A stretch of DNA of 64,000 bases from Candidatus Latescibacterota bacterium (lineage in GTDB: Bacteria; Krumholzibacteriota; Krumholzibacteriia; WVZY01; JAKEHA01), in assembly GCA_963707635.1 (NCBI GenBank), contig OY970173.1, forward strand, positions 2,816,001-2,880,000. The letters run 5' to 3'. Within the stretch, counting starts at the first letter, position 1; each line of letters begins with the position of its first letter. The position numbers and the translations under genes were made by a program. Below the pieces are notes generated by a model, which was given only the letters and a program-made list of their open reading frames with translations, did no database searches and had not been told where the DNA came from. Below are positions 1 through 9,248 of the stretch, in pieces.

Positions 1-581
1 CAGGGGCGGTCGAGTACGGCGTCGGCCACGCAGCGCACCGGACCCGCAAAGCACCTTGGGGTCAGTGCATACGTCGACGGATCCAAGCCCGCCACGGGGT
101 CGAATGACGAAAGCGGCGGTCGCCACGCCTCCCAGCTCACGACGATGTCGTCGAGGACGGAATCGTTGGTGAAGGGCTGCCCGTCCGCTCCCAGCACGAT
201 CGGACGACGGTCCTCTCGGAAGGTGAAGCGTAGCATCCCGTGCCCCCCGGGCGATTCTCGGCCGGCAACCTTCGATATCACCATGACGAACTCGACGGAC
301 TCGACGGATTCCGCCCAGACCTTGACCGTACTGAGAAGGGTGATCCCTTCCACCGGATTGTTGAGAACGTTGACGTTTCGAACCAGATAGTAATGTTCGG
401 AACCAAAACCGGCCGACGAGGAGAGCCAACTGACGAACAGGGGCGCCATCGCCGCGGAAAGCCCGCTTGGGAGCTCGTCCTGCTGGGTTCTCACGCGAAG
501 GACCGGACTGTAGGTGCGCTGCCACTTGAGAATATCGGCAGCAGTAACCACGCGACGTTTACTCGACGGCATTGTCATCAT
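1..581 (-). CDS. Hypothetical protein, possibly DUF4105/Lnb-N-like (partial, runs off the window start)
   Basis: Not in the ORF track. Own translation from ATG 581, directly after the ftsH stop: MMTMPSSKRRVVTAADILKWQRTYSP...GHGMLRFTF...DIVVSWEAWRPP..FDPVAGLD. Possible 1-nt indel near position 60. Confidence 0.55.
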   Translation of the reverse strand, partial: MMTMPSSKRRVVTAADILKWQRTYSPVLRVRTQQDELPSGLSAAMAPLFVSWLSSSAGFGSEHYYLVRNVNVLNNPVEGITLLSTVKVWAESVESVEFVMVISKVAGRESPGGHGMLRFTFREDRRPIVLGADGQPFTNDSVLDDIVVSWEAWRPPLSSFDPVAGLDPSTYALTPRCFAGPVRCVADAVLDRP

Positions 582-582
582 C

Positions 583-2580
583 CTAGCTCGCGCGCCGTGT
601 TTCGGTTCCCGCTTGCGGCGCGAATCCGGTCACCTTCAGAATCTCCGGTTCATCCAGCGTCTCCTGCGCGAGCAGAGCCGTTACCAGCCTGTCGAGCTGC
701 TGGCGATGCTGGACGAGCAGGCGCGTTGCTTCTTCGTGGCATTCGGAGATGATGCGCTGCACCTCCGCATCGATGAGCCGCGCGGTGGCGTCGCTGATGG
801 GCTTCTCGCCCATGTACGCCGGAGACCCGCCAAGGTACGGATTGCCGGCGGGCGCCAGCTGTACCAAGCCCAGCTGATCGCTCATTCCCCAGCGCGTCAC
901 CATCATGCGCGTGATGTTGGTTGCCTGCTCGATGTCGTTCTCGGCGCCGGTGGTCCGGCTGCCGTACACGACTTCCTCGGCGGCGCGTCCGCCCAGCGTC
1001 CCGACGATACGCCCGCGCAGATACGACTCCGGATAGTTGTAGCGGTCGCTGATCGGCTGCTGGTACGTAACACCGAGCGCCTGGCCGCGCGGCACGATCG
1101 AGACGCGTTTCACCGGATCGGCCCCGGGAGTCACCAGCCCGAGGATGGTGTGCCCTCCTTCGTGGTAGGCGATGCGCTTGCGGTCTTCGCTGCTCAGCAC
1201 GAGTGGACGCGTGGGGCCCAGGATGATCTTTTCCAGCGCGTCGAAGAAGTCTTTCATGTGCACGTTGTCCTGGCCGCGGCGCGCGGCCTGCAGCGCCGCC
1301 TCGTTCACGAGATTCTTGATGTCTGCTCCGGAGAGCCCGGTCGTTGCTCCGGCGATCTCGGCCAGATCGACGTCAGTCGCCAGCGGCACCTTGCGCGTGT
1401 GTACTTTGAAGATTGCCTCGCGCCCTGTCTTGTCGGGAAGGTTGACGACCACGCGCCGGTCGAACCGGCCCGCGCGCAGCAGCGCCTTGTCCAGCGTATC
1501 CGGCTGGTTGGTCGCGGCGAGGACGATCACGCCTTCTCTGCTCGAAAAGCCGTCCATCTCGGAGAGGATTTGCTGCAGCGTTTGCTCCTGCTCGCCGACG
1601 CCGCCCATCACAACGGGACCACGCGCGCGACCAACCGCGTCGATCTCGTCGATGAAGATGATGGCGGGCGCGTGCTCGCGCGCCTGCCTGAACAGATCGC
1701 GCACGCGCGCAGCACCCACCCCGACGATCATCTCCACGAACTCGGAGGCACTCATGGAGAAGAATGGAACACCTGCCTCTCCCGCCACCGCCTTCGCAAG
1801 CAGGGTCTTCCCCGTGCCGGGCGCGCCGACGAGGAGTACCCCTTTCGGAGCGGTTCCGCCCAGGCGCGTGTATTTCTCCGGCGCCTTGAGGAAATCGACG
1901 ATCTCGACCAATTCGTTCTCGGCTTCGTCGATTCCCGCAACGTCGTCGAATGTCACTTTCGTGTCCGTGCTGGTGTCATATCGGCGAGCCTTGCTCGCGC
2001 CCAGACCCATGACGCCGCCCGCGCCGCCCTGGCGGCGGAGCATCCACGCGTAGAACGCGACTATCAGAATGGCCGGTCCGAACCCCAGGAGCATTGACAG
2101 CAACGGGTTGCCCTTTTGTATGGGCTCTGCGCTGATCTCCACGTCGTGGTCGATCAACAACGCCTCGAACCCAGGGTCCACGAAAGAAGGAAGCGTGGTC
2201 TTGAAATTGCGGCTCGCTCGTGCGCCACCGCCCCATGGCCGGTCCGGAGCAGCGCGGCTCGAATCCGCAGGAGGATAGGTCACCGGTTCTCGGAACCGGC
2301 CCTGGATGATCTCGCCTTTGCTGAAGACCTCTTCGACGTTGTCGCGCGCTACCTGCGTTTTGAAGAATGTGTAGGGAACCGTGGTGGCCGGTTCGGCACC
2401 AAGGAACACGCGCATCACGACGTAGTTGATGATCAGAAGGACCAGGAACGTGAGCCAGACTCGGCGCGGCGGCAGGCGTGGGCCGTCGCCCGACGAACCA
2501 CGCGGCCCGGTCCCCGGGGCTCCACCGCGGCGCGTGATGGCAGGGCGCTGGCGTTGTTGGTCCTGATTAACGGTTTCCAT
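583..2580 (-). CDS. ftsH: ATP-dependent zinc metalloprotease FtsH
   Basis: Two TM segments, Walker A GAPGTGKT, Walker [27 protein letters not shown] zinc motif. Start set at ATG 2580 behind AGGAG. Confidence 0.95.
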   Translation of the reverse strand: METVNQDQQRQRPAITRRGGAPGTGPRGSSGDGPRLPPRRVWLTFLVLLIINYVVMRVFLGAEPATTVPYTFFKTQVARDNVEEVFSKGEIIQGRFREPVTYPPADSSRAAPDRPWGGGARASRNFKTTLPSFVDPGFEALLIDHDVEISAEPIQKGNPLLSMLLGFGPAILIVAFYAWMLRRQGGAGGVMGLGASKARRYDTSTDTKVTFDDVAGIDEAENELVEIVDFLKAPEKYTRLGGTAPKGVLLVGAPGTGKTLLAKAVAGEAGVPFFSMSASEFVEMIVGVGAARVRDLFRQAREHAPAIIFIDEIDAVGRARGPVVMGGVGEQEQTLQQILSEMDGFSSREGVIVLAATNQPDTLDKALLRAGRFDRRVVVNLPDKTGREAIFKVHTRKVPLATDVDLAEIAGATTGLSGADIKNLVNEAALQAARRGQDNVHMKDFFDALEKIILGPTRPLVLSSEDRKRIAYHEGGHTILGLVTPGADPVKRVSIVPRGQALGVTYQQPISDRYNYPESYLRGRIVGTLGGRAAEEVVYGSRTTGAENDIEQATNITRMMVTRWGMSDQLGLVQLAPAGNPYLGGSPAYMGEKPISDATARLIDAEVQRIISECHEEATRLLVQHRQQLDRLVTALLAQETLDEPEILKVTGFAPQAGTETRRAS

Positions 2581-2678
2581 AATCACTCCTGTGCACCCGG
2601 CACTGTGAATCCCACCGCGTTCCTGCAATTCACCAGGCATGGCGACATCTTGGAGACGACCGCGACATCCAATCCATC

Positions 2679-3440
2679 TCAGCCCGCGTTGCGCGGTTTG
2701 GCCGCCCACTCGGATTTCTTGCCTTGCATGCCGGGAGGCAGCGCGAGCCCGACGCGGTGGCGTGCGAAAGTGTCATCGCGATCGAGGTGGGCGAGCATGA
2801 GCGCGGCCGCATCGGAGTACGGAACGATCATCTGTGGGATCCAGCTCGCAAAGATCGGTAGCAGCAACGGGTCGGGGAGCGCGTGAGCATCGACGGGAAC
2901 CTCGACCGGCAGTGTATCCACCGCAATCCGCAGCCGGTTCAGGCCCAGAGCCGGCTCCTCTACCATTGGCCCCGGACACAGCAGGCGCCAGTCCAGGCCC
3001 GACCGACTGAGACGTTCGAAATTGACTCGGTGCGGCCAGTACGTGGACTCGACTTTGGGCAGGTCCACTCCTTTGCGACCGGAAGGGCCGATGTCCAGGA
3101 TCGCCGCCCCCGCGAGGAACCAGCATACCGGTTGCGCGGGAGCCGGAAGTGACTCGACGGCGGTTACGAGACGGTCGACGAGGTCAACGAAGGTTTGACC
3201 CTCCGTGACCATGCCGGCGCAATTTATGAGCGCATCGTGTCCGCTGATGAGCGCTGCGATGTCAACGGGCGCGACTGTGGAGAGATCGCCCTGGTGCACT
3301 GCGACTTGAGCCTGAGCCTCGAGCGGCAGCCTGGAAGGGGTGCGGACGGAAACGGTGACCTCGTGCCCGGCGGCCAACGCCAGGCGAAGCACGTGGCTAC
3401 CCAGGGATCCCGTTGCACCAAAGATAACGAGACGAGACAC
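2679..3440 (-). CDS. NAD(P)-binding Rossmann-fold protein (flavin reductase/atypical SDR-like)
   Basis: VIFGATGSLG dinucleotide-binding motif, SGLDWRLLCP. GTG start behind GGAGG. Confidence 0.8.
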   Translation of the reverse strand: MSRLVIFGATGSLGSHVLRLALAAGHEVTVSVRTPSRLPLEAQAQVAVHQGDLSTVAPVDIAALISGHDALINCAGMVTEGQTFVDLVDRLVTAVESLPAPAQPVCWFLAGAAILDIGPSGRKGVDLPKVESTYWPHRVNFERLSRSGLDWRLLCPGPMVEEPALGLNRLRIAVDTLPVEVPVDAHALPDPLLLPIFASWIPQMIVPYSDAAALMLAHLDRDDTFARHRVGLALPPGMQGKKSEWAAKPRNAG

Positions 3441-3463
3441 TTTCGATCCTCCCGGCACCGCGC

Positions 3464-5164
3464 CTACGGGTTGATCTCGAACCGCACAGACCGGAACGAG
3501 CCGATACCGTGATCGCTCTTGTAGACCGCCACACCGAAGATGAGCCCGGCGTCGAGGCGGTACGTATTCTGAGTCCACCCCTGGTACCCGGTCAGACGCC
3601 GTTCGCCATCGATCCACAGGTCGGCAGTCTTCAGCGCCGGGTCATAGATGATCTCGTATCGGTGATAGCCGCCAACGGGACTCTGCATGAAGTCCATACC
3701 CCGAAACTCGGGAACGACCTGCGTGGGCAGGCGTACGATCTCCCGGTCGCCGTCCACAAATACCTGGACGGGAAATCCGAGGCCGCCACCACCGAATTCG
3801 GCCGCCGCATAGGCCGCACCCGCTTCTGCCCTCAGCACGGCAGTCAGCTTCCAACCCCGATCCATCGCGCGCCGCGTCTCCGAGCTGGTGAAGGGATGGA
3901 AGTACAGCCCCCGACTGGGCGTCTCAAGGCGCCAGCCATCGTAGCCCGTGTGTGTCGGATTCTCGGTGACGCCAGTTCGCACCACTTCTTCGCGCACCTC
4001 GAAGCCCTCGGTGAGTGGGTCGAAGGCACCCACCTTCTCCACGATTCGGACCGGCTCCGCCCGGTCGCGCAGGATCGTCCTCTCGATGGCCGCTGCGGCG
4101 GCAAGGGCGATCGCCAACAGCGCGACGCCCACGGCGGCGCGGCGCACGCGCCGGCGCCCCGGCCCGAGCGTACCGGCCAGCGACTCGCTCCAGGCCTGAA
4201 CGTCGGTGGGCCGCTCCTCCACCCGAAAAGCCAGCGCCGACTCCAGCGCCGCCCGGGTCTCGCGGCCCGTCGATGCGGGCAGCGCACGAACGTGCGGATA
4301 CCCGCCGAGCATCTCACAGGCCACCAGCGCCATTGCATAGACATCGGAAGCGATCGAGTGTTTGCCTTCGAACTGCTCCGGCGCCATGTAGCGTACCGTT
4401 CCGGCGATCAGCACCGCCGTCGTTTCGGGTTCCAAATCCGAGCGGTCGATCTTAGCGATCCCGAAATCGATGAGTCGCACGATGTCAGCGCCGTCGTTGC
4501 GTGGCTGCAACATGATGTTCCCCGGCTTCAGGTCCCGGTGCGCAACGCCGGCGGTGTGCGCCGCGCCAAGGGCGCTCCCCATCTGCCGCAGGATTTCGGC
4601 CGCACGCGCTGGCGGAATGGGCCCCTGTGACAACAGCTCGCTCAGGCTCACGCCTGGAACGTACTGGATTACCAGAAAAGGCGAGCCGTCCTCGAGCTCG
4701 CCGACGTCCAAGATGCCCACGACCCCCGAATGATCGATTCGCGCGAGCGCATGCATCTCCTGCTCGAAGCGCGCTTTCAGCCAGTGGGACCGGCGCCCTT
4801 CGACACGCATCACCTTGATCACGACCGGACGCATCGCCAGGTGCTGGTCATGCGCCAGGTAGACCAGCGCCTGCCCGCCCGTGGCGAGCTCCCGGTCGAT
4901 GCGGTAGCGATTCCCCAACACCTGACCGCTGGTCAGACGTGCGGCGCTCGTCAGACCCTCCACGACCGATTGCCCGAGAGGTGACCAGGGAGGATCCTCG
5001 AGAAATCCGTCATCCGGCGTGTCCCCCGAAAGCAGTGCCTCCACCTCCGCCCGCAGCGCGCCGTCGCCTTCGCAGGCCAGGGTCAGGAACGAATCTCGTT
5101 CGTCGCCGTCCAGCGCTCTCGCCGCCGTGAAGAGAGACGAGATCCGCTCCCACCGATCGTTCAC
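3464..5164 (-). CDS. Membrane Ser/Thr protein kinase with C-terminal extracytoplasmic domain
   Basis: HRDLKPGN, DFG and YMAPE motifs; TM helix AAVGVALLAIALAAAAAI; N-terminal 'RWERISSLF..A' typical of ECF-linked kinases. Confidence 0.92.
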   Translation of the reverse strand: MNDRWERISSLFTAARALDGDERDSFLTLACEGDGALRAEVEALLSGDTPDDGFLEDPPWSPLGQSVVEGLTSAARLTSGQVLGNRYRIDRELATGGQALVYLAHDQHLAMRPVVIKVMRVEGRRSHWLKARFEQEMHALARIDHSGVVGILDVGELEDGSPFLVIQYVPGVSLSELLSQGPIPPARAAEILRQMGSALGAAHTAGVAHRDLKPGNIMLQPRNDGADIVRLIDFGIAKIDRSDLEPETTAVLIAGTVRYMAPEQFEGKHSIASDVYAMALVACEMLGGYPHVRALPASTGRETRAALESALAFRVEERPTDVQAWSESLAGTLGPGRRRVRRAAVGVALLAIALAAAAAIERTILRDRAEPVRIVEKVGAFDPLTEGFEVREEVVRTGVTENPTHTGYDGWRLETPSRGLYFHPFTSSETRRAMDRGWKLTAVLRAEAGAAYAAAEFGGGGLGFPVQVFVDGDREIVRLPTQVVPEFRGMDFMQSPVGGYHRYEIIYDPALKTADLWIDGERRLTGYQGWTQNTYRLDAGLIFGVAVYKSDHGIGSFRSVRFEINP

Positions 5165-5172
5165 GCCTGCGC

Positions 5173-5739
5173 TCAAGCCTTCAGCCTCGCATGGAGCCAG
5201 GACCGCGCAATGGCCCAATCCCGGTCCACGGTTCTGGGGTTCACTCCAAGAGCGCTCGCCACTTCGGGCACACTGAGTCCCGCAAAATAGCGCAACTCCA
5301 CGACACGAGCCTGGCGGGGTGAGAGCTTCTCGAGATCCGAGAGCGCTTCGTCCAGGTCCAGCAGCTCCACCGACTGCTCCTGACTGAGGCTCAAAGCGTG
5401 ATCGAGCGAAAGCGCGGTTTGCTCACCCTCGCGCTTCTGTGCCTGCCGGTGGCGCGCGTGATCGATCAGGATCCTCCGCATGATGTTGGCGGCGGCGGCG
5501 TAGAAATGTGCCCGGTTCTCCCACGTGTGGTGTTCGTGGGCCACCAGCCGCATGTACGCCTCGTGCACCAGAGCGGTGGGCTGCAGATCGCGACCGGGAC
5601 GTTCGTGACGGAGCCGGGCTCGTGCCAGGTTTTTCAACTCGGGGTAGATCAGATCCATCAGTCGGGACGCGGCGGCGCCGTCACCCGGCCGAAACTCGCG
5701 CAGGAGAAGCGTCACCTGGGTGGCCCGTTCGCTGGTCAT
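5173..5739 (-). CDS. ECF sigma factor, STK-associated type (TIGR02999/ECF43-like)
   Basis: LQPTALVHEAY, NRAHFYAAAA, ELRYFAGLS..EVA..LGV..RTV.RDW motifs. Confidence 0.9.
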   Translation of the reverse strand: MTSERATQVTLLLREFRPGDGAAASRLMDLIYPELKNLARARLRHERPGRDLQPTALVHEAYMRLVAHEHHTWENRAHFYAAAANIMRRILIDHARHRQAQKREGEQTALSLDHALSLSQEQSVELLDLDEALSDLEKLSPRQARVVELRYFAGLSVPEVASALGVNPRTVDRDWAIARSWLHARLKA

Positions 5740-5890
5740 TGCCTGCCTCCCGTTTTCTTTTGACCCCAACAAGATAGCACGCGACCCCGCAGGATGTCGC
5801 GATTGCCTCCGCTGTCACGCCATGAAGGGTCGAGGGGTGAAGTGAAACAGGCCAAGTTGTCCGAAATGGACGGAGTGGAAGGAGACACAC

Positions 5891-6691
5891 ATGGATAAGT
5901 TCACAGTAGCGATTTTTCCGAACGAAGCCGCGGCCTATCAAGGGACACGCGTTTTCAAGGAACTGGACAAGGAACGCAGCCTGACGCTCTACGGCATGGC
6001 CGTGATCGCCAAGGACATGAATGGGAAAGTGACGATCAAGGAGGCCGCGGACCGGGGACCGCTGGGGACGGCGGTGGGCGGTCTGACGGGCGGACTGATC
6101 GGCCTGCTCGGCGGTCCAGTGGGAGCGGCGGTCGGGCTTGGAAGCGGTGCGCTGCTCGGGAGCCTGGTCGACCTTTCCAACCTCGGCGTGAGCACGAGCT
6201 TCGTGGACACCGTCCTGCAGGAAGTCACACCGGGCAAGGCCGCCGTCGTCGCCGAAATGGAGGAGGAATGGATCACGCCGCTCGACACGCGGATGGAGGC
6301 CATCGGCGGCGTCGTGGTACGTGAGCCGCGGGCTGATTTCGAGTACCTGCAGTACCAGGAGGAAGTCGTGGCGCTGAAGGATGAGCTCGCGGAACTCAAG
6401 GCCGAATTCGCCCAGTCCAAGGACAAAAACCGCGCGAAGTTGAAAGCGCGGATTGACCAGACAGAGAAGAAGCTCGAGGGCGCCTCTGCCAGAGCCGAAG
6501 CATGGATGGATCGCCGCCGGGAGGAGACGGAAGCGAAGGTCAAGGCGCTGCAGGCCCGTGCCGAAAAGGCAAGTGCCGAGACGAAGGCAAGAAACCAGAA
6601 GCGCGCCGCGGAGATTCGAGCCGAAAGCGAGCGCCGGTCGGCCCTGATGCAGCAAGCATCGACGCTGGTGAAAGAGGCGCTCAGACATTAG
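5891..6691 (+). CDS. DUF1269-like glycine-zipper membrane protein with C-terminal coiled coil
   Basis: GTAVGGLTGGLIGLLGGPVGAAVG zipper, charged helical tail, RBS GGAG. Confidence 0.7.
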   Translation: MDKFTVAIFPNEAAAYQGTRVFKELDKERSLTLYGMAVIAKDMNGKVTIKEAADRGPLGTAVGGLTGGLIGLLGGPVGAAVGLGSGALLGSLVDLSNLGVSTSFVDTVLQEVTPGKAAVVAEMEEEWITPLDTRMEAIGGVVVREPRADFEYLQYQEEVVALKDELAELKAEFAQSKDKNRAKLKARIDQTEKKLEGASARAEAWMDRRREETEAKVKALQARAEKASAETKARNQKRAAEIRAESERRSALMQQASTLVKEALRH

Positions 6692-6794
6692 CCGCGCGCT
6701 CGCGGTCCTGACCGGTGTCAGGTCGCTGGTCGCACAAAGGATCGGGGCCGTTCATGGGAACGGCCCCGCATCCGACGAGAAACGGGGGTCAGTC

Positions 6795-7502
6795 ATGTTT
6801 CCGCTGCGGGACGATATTCCATCGCGCCGCCGACCGGTGGTCGTCTGGGCGCTCGTCCTTCTGAACGCCATCGTCTTCCTGTACGAGATGCAGCTCTCCG
6901 AGGTCGAGCTAACGCAGTTCATCGAACGGTTCGCACTGACGCCGGCGGCGCTGACGGCTCCAAGCGGACTGCTCCACCACTGGACGACGCTCTTCACTCA
7001 CATGTTTCTGCATGGTGGCTGGCTTCACGTCATCGGCAACCTATGGTACCTGTGGATCTTCGGCGACAACGTCCTGGATCGCTTTGGCAGCGGGCGATTC
7101 CTGCTGCTCTATGTTGCGGGTGGGCTCGTGGCGGCTACGCTCCAGGTTTGTCTCAATCCCCAGATGCAGGCGCCGATGGTGGGCGCAAGCGGTGCGATTG
7201 CCGCCGTACTGGGTGCGTACCTCGTGCTCTATCCCAGGGCGCGCGTGATCACTTTCATTCCGATCTTTGTGTTCATCAAGCGGGTGAGTGTCCCGGCCGT
7301 CGTCTGGCTCGGGCTCTGGTTTGTAGAACAGTATCTCCTCGGAACGGGGTCTCGCTCCGATGCGACTGAAAGCGGAGGCGTCGCCTACTGGGCGCACGTC
7401 GGTGGTTTTCTCTTCGGGATCCTGGCCGGAATCTGGACGCGCGCGCGGGAAGCTGCGGGGAGAGGGCCGGCGCACGGTATCCGGCCCGCCTTGATGTCGT
7501 GA
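6795..7502 (+). CDS. Rhomboid family intramembrane serine protease
   Basis: HMFLHGGWLH..GN, GASG catalytic Ser, AHVGG catalytic His. Confidence 0.92.
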   Translation: MFPLRDDIPSRRRPVVVWALVLLNAIVFLYEMQLSEVELTQFIERFALTPAALTAPSGLLHHWTTLFTHMFLHGGWLHVIGNLWYLWIFGDNVLDRFGSGRFLLLYVAGGLVAATLQVCLNPQMQAPMVGASGAIAAVLGAYLVLYPRARVITFIPIFVFIKRVSVPAVVWLGLWFVEQYLLGTGSRSDATESGGVAYWAHVGGFLFGILAGIWTRAREAAGRGPAHGIRPALMS

Positions 7503-7596
7503 TCGTCGTCGGCGTTACGCCATAAATGTCGAAGGAAGAACAATCGTCGCCAGCCGGCGGAACCGTCGTCCGGCGACACAACCTGGGAGGTAGATC

Positions 7597-8313
7597 ATGG
7601 TGGAGATGCTGGCGCGCAACTGGGGATGGGTGCTGATGCGCGGGATCGCGGCGATACTGTTCGGCATGCTCACGCTCTGCAATCCGGGAATCGCACTGAC
7701 GACGCTCGTCATGCTCTTTGGCGCCTACGCGCTCCTCGACGGCGTCTTTATAGCGGTGTCGGCGGTCGCGAACCGGAAGGGCCAGTCGCGCTGGGTGGCA
7801 CTGCTGGTGGGCGGGATCCTGGGGATCGCGGTCGGCATCCAGACCTTCCTGATACCGAGCCTCACGGCGGCCGCTTTGGTAGCATTCATCGCGATCTGGT
7901 CAATCATCATCGGCATCACCGAGATCGTGGCGGCAATCACGCTGCGCAAGGTGCTCTCGGGCGAATGGATGCTTATGCTCGCCGGCCTGGCGTCGGCCGC
8001 CTTCGGCGTATTCCTCATCGCGCGTCCGTCGCTGGGGGCCCTGGCAGTGGTGCTTTGGATCGGCGCCTCGGCGATGGTATCGGGGATCCTGCTTATCGCG
8101 CTGGCCTTCCGACTGCGCAGCTGGGGCCGCAGTCCGGCCATCGCGGCACTCACCGCGCGCGCAGCAGCGTGGCGTGCCGGCGTAGTGTACAAACTCGCGA
8201 GCCCGCGGCCGCCACGGAGCGGCCGCGTCGCTTCCAGGCCGCGTGTGACGGCATTTCGCCGGCGGCCGCGAGGTTCATCGAGAGTCCCTCAGCACACGAA
8301 GGAGACTCATTGA
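7597..8313 (+). CDS. HdeD/DUF308 family membrane protein
   Basis: MLARNW..LMRGIAAILFG start and six hydrophobic segments. The tail after ~8150 looks non-homologous, so the true end is uncertain. Confidence 0.8.
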   Translation: MVEMLARNWGWVLMRGIAAILFGMLTLCNPGIALTTLVMLFGAYALLDGVFIAVSAVANRKGQSRWVALLVGGILGIAVGIQTFLIPSLTAAALVAFIAIWSIIIGITEIVAAITLRKVLSGEWMLMLAGLASAAFGVFLIARPSLGALAVVLWIGASAMVSGILLIALAFRLRSWGRSPAIAALTARAAAWRAGVVYKLASPRPPRSGRVASRPRVTAFRRRPRGSSRVPQHTKETH

Positions 8314-8335
8314 GTAGCTCAAAGGAGGAACAATC

Positions 8336-8833
8336 ATGTACGGATTCAAAGCGTTCGTGTTCAATGGCAAGAAGACGGCCAGCAAGGCTTACGATACTCT
8401 CGAAGAGCACATGCCGGTCTACCCGTGGATTGATGACGCCGCCGTGGTGTCGAAGAACAAGCTCGGCTTCACCCGGGTTTACAGCACCTGGGCGCAGGAC
8501 GACACCGCGGTCGGCGTCGGAACCGGTCTCGGCGTAGTGACCGGTGCCCTGCTCGGAGCCATTCTGGGGCCCGGCGTCGCTGCGGCGGGAGCCGCGGTGG
8601 GTGGTTCAGTGGGCGCCGTGTCCGGCGCGGTCGGCGAAAGCGTCCTCAGCGACCCGCGCTTGGACGACTTTGCGGCGTCGCTCGCGAAGGACACCTCGGC
8701 GTTGATTCTGGTCGGCGAGAGAGCCTCGATCCTCGACTTCACCTCGGCGGTCGCGCCCTACGGTGGAAAGATCATCGAGACCAACCTCGACGAGAAGGAC
8801 GTCAAGGCCCTGAGGAAGTCTCTCAAGAAGTAG
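8336..8833 (+). CDS. DUF1269-like glycine-zipper membrane protein
   Basis: DDAAVV, GTGLGVVTGALLGAILGPG zipper, GGKIIETNL; RBS AGGAGG. Confidence 0.7.
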   Translation: MYGFKAFVFNGKKTASKAYDTLEEHMPVYPWIDDAAVVSKNKLGFTRVYSTWAQDDTAVGVGTGLGVVTGALLGAILGPGVAAAGAAVGGSVGAVSGAVGESVLSDPRLDDFAASLAKDTSALILVGERASILDFTSAVAPYGGKIIETNLDEKDVKALRKSLKK

Positions 8834-8979
8834 GGAGCCGTCGATCCCGATGCCCGGCGGGAGCGATCTGGGGGCGACGCGCCAACACAAGGTTGGCCCG
8901 TCGCCCCTCTTTTTTCGCGTCGGCGCGGCCCATTTAGGACGCAGAGCGCTTCATCATGAGCAGCGATGCCACAAAGGGT

Positions 8980-9050
8980 TGGTGGAGGCGGCGGCGAGCG
9001 AAGCGAAGCTCAGAGCCGACCTCTGGCTTGTGTTCTACACAAACAGAGTT
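8980..9050 (-). repeat. tmRNA-3'-end-linked repeat unit (42-bp core plus hairpin spacer)
   Basis: 8980-9021 TGGTGGAGGCGGCGGCGAGCGAAGCGAAGCTCAGAGCCGACC is identical to 14464-14505. Confidence 0.9.
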
Positions 9051-9225
9051 TGGTGGAGGAGGCGGGAATCGAACTCTGTCGATGGAGAAACTCTAACACG
9101 TTGATGGCGTGTGGTTTCGGATGCTACGAGTTGAAACATCGCCAGTTAGGTGACCGCTGCTTCTCCACTCCAGTCCTCTGCAGTCTTCTGGAATCGACCC
9201 ACGTCATGGAGACATTTTGGAGACG
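9051..9225 (-). mobile_element. att-like module copy 1 (displaced tmRNA 3' end plus arm)
   Basis: First 24 nt match the ssrA 3' end (1 mismatch). Ungapped alignment with 11034-11208 gives about 142/175 identities by hand count. Confidence 0.8.
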
Positions 9226-9248
9226 CCACGCAGCGTTCGCTCGGGACG

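Noticed and set aside
514..2097. Long antisense or alternate-frame ORFs (also 36016-37566, 48558-50675, 57658-60297, 40543-42903)
   Set aside because: Shadow ORFs of real genes in high-GC DNA; no recognisable motifs.
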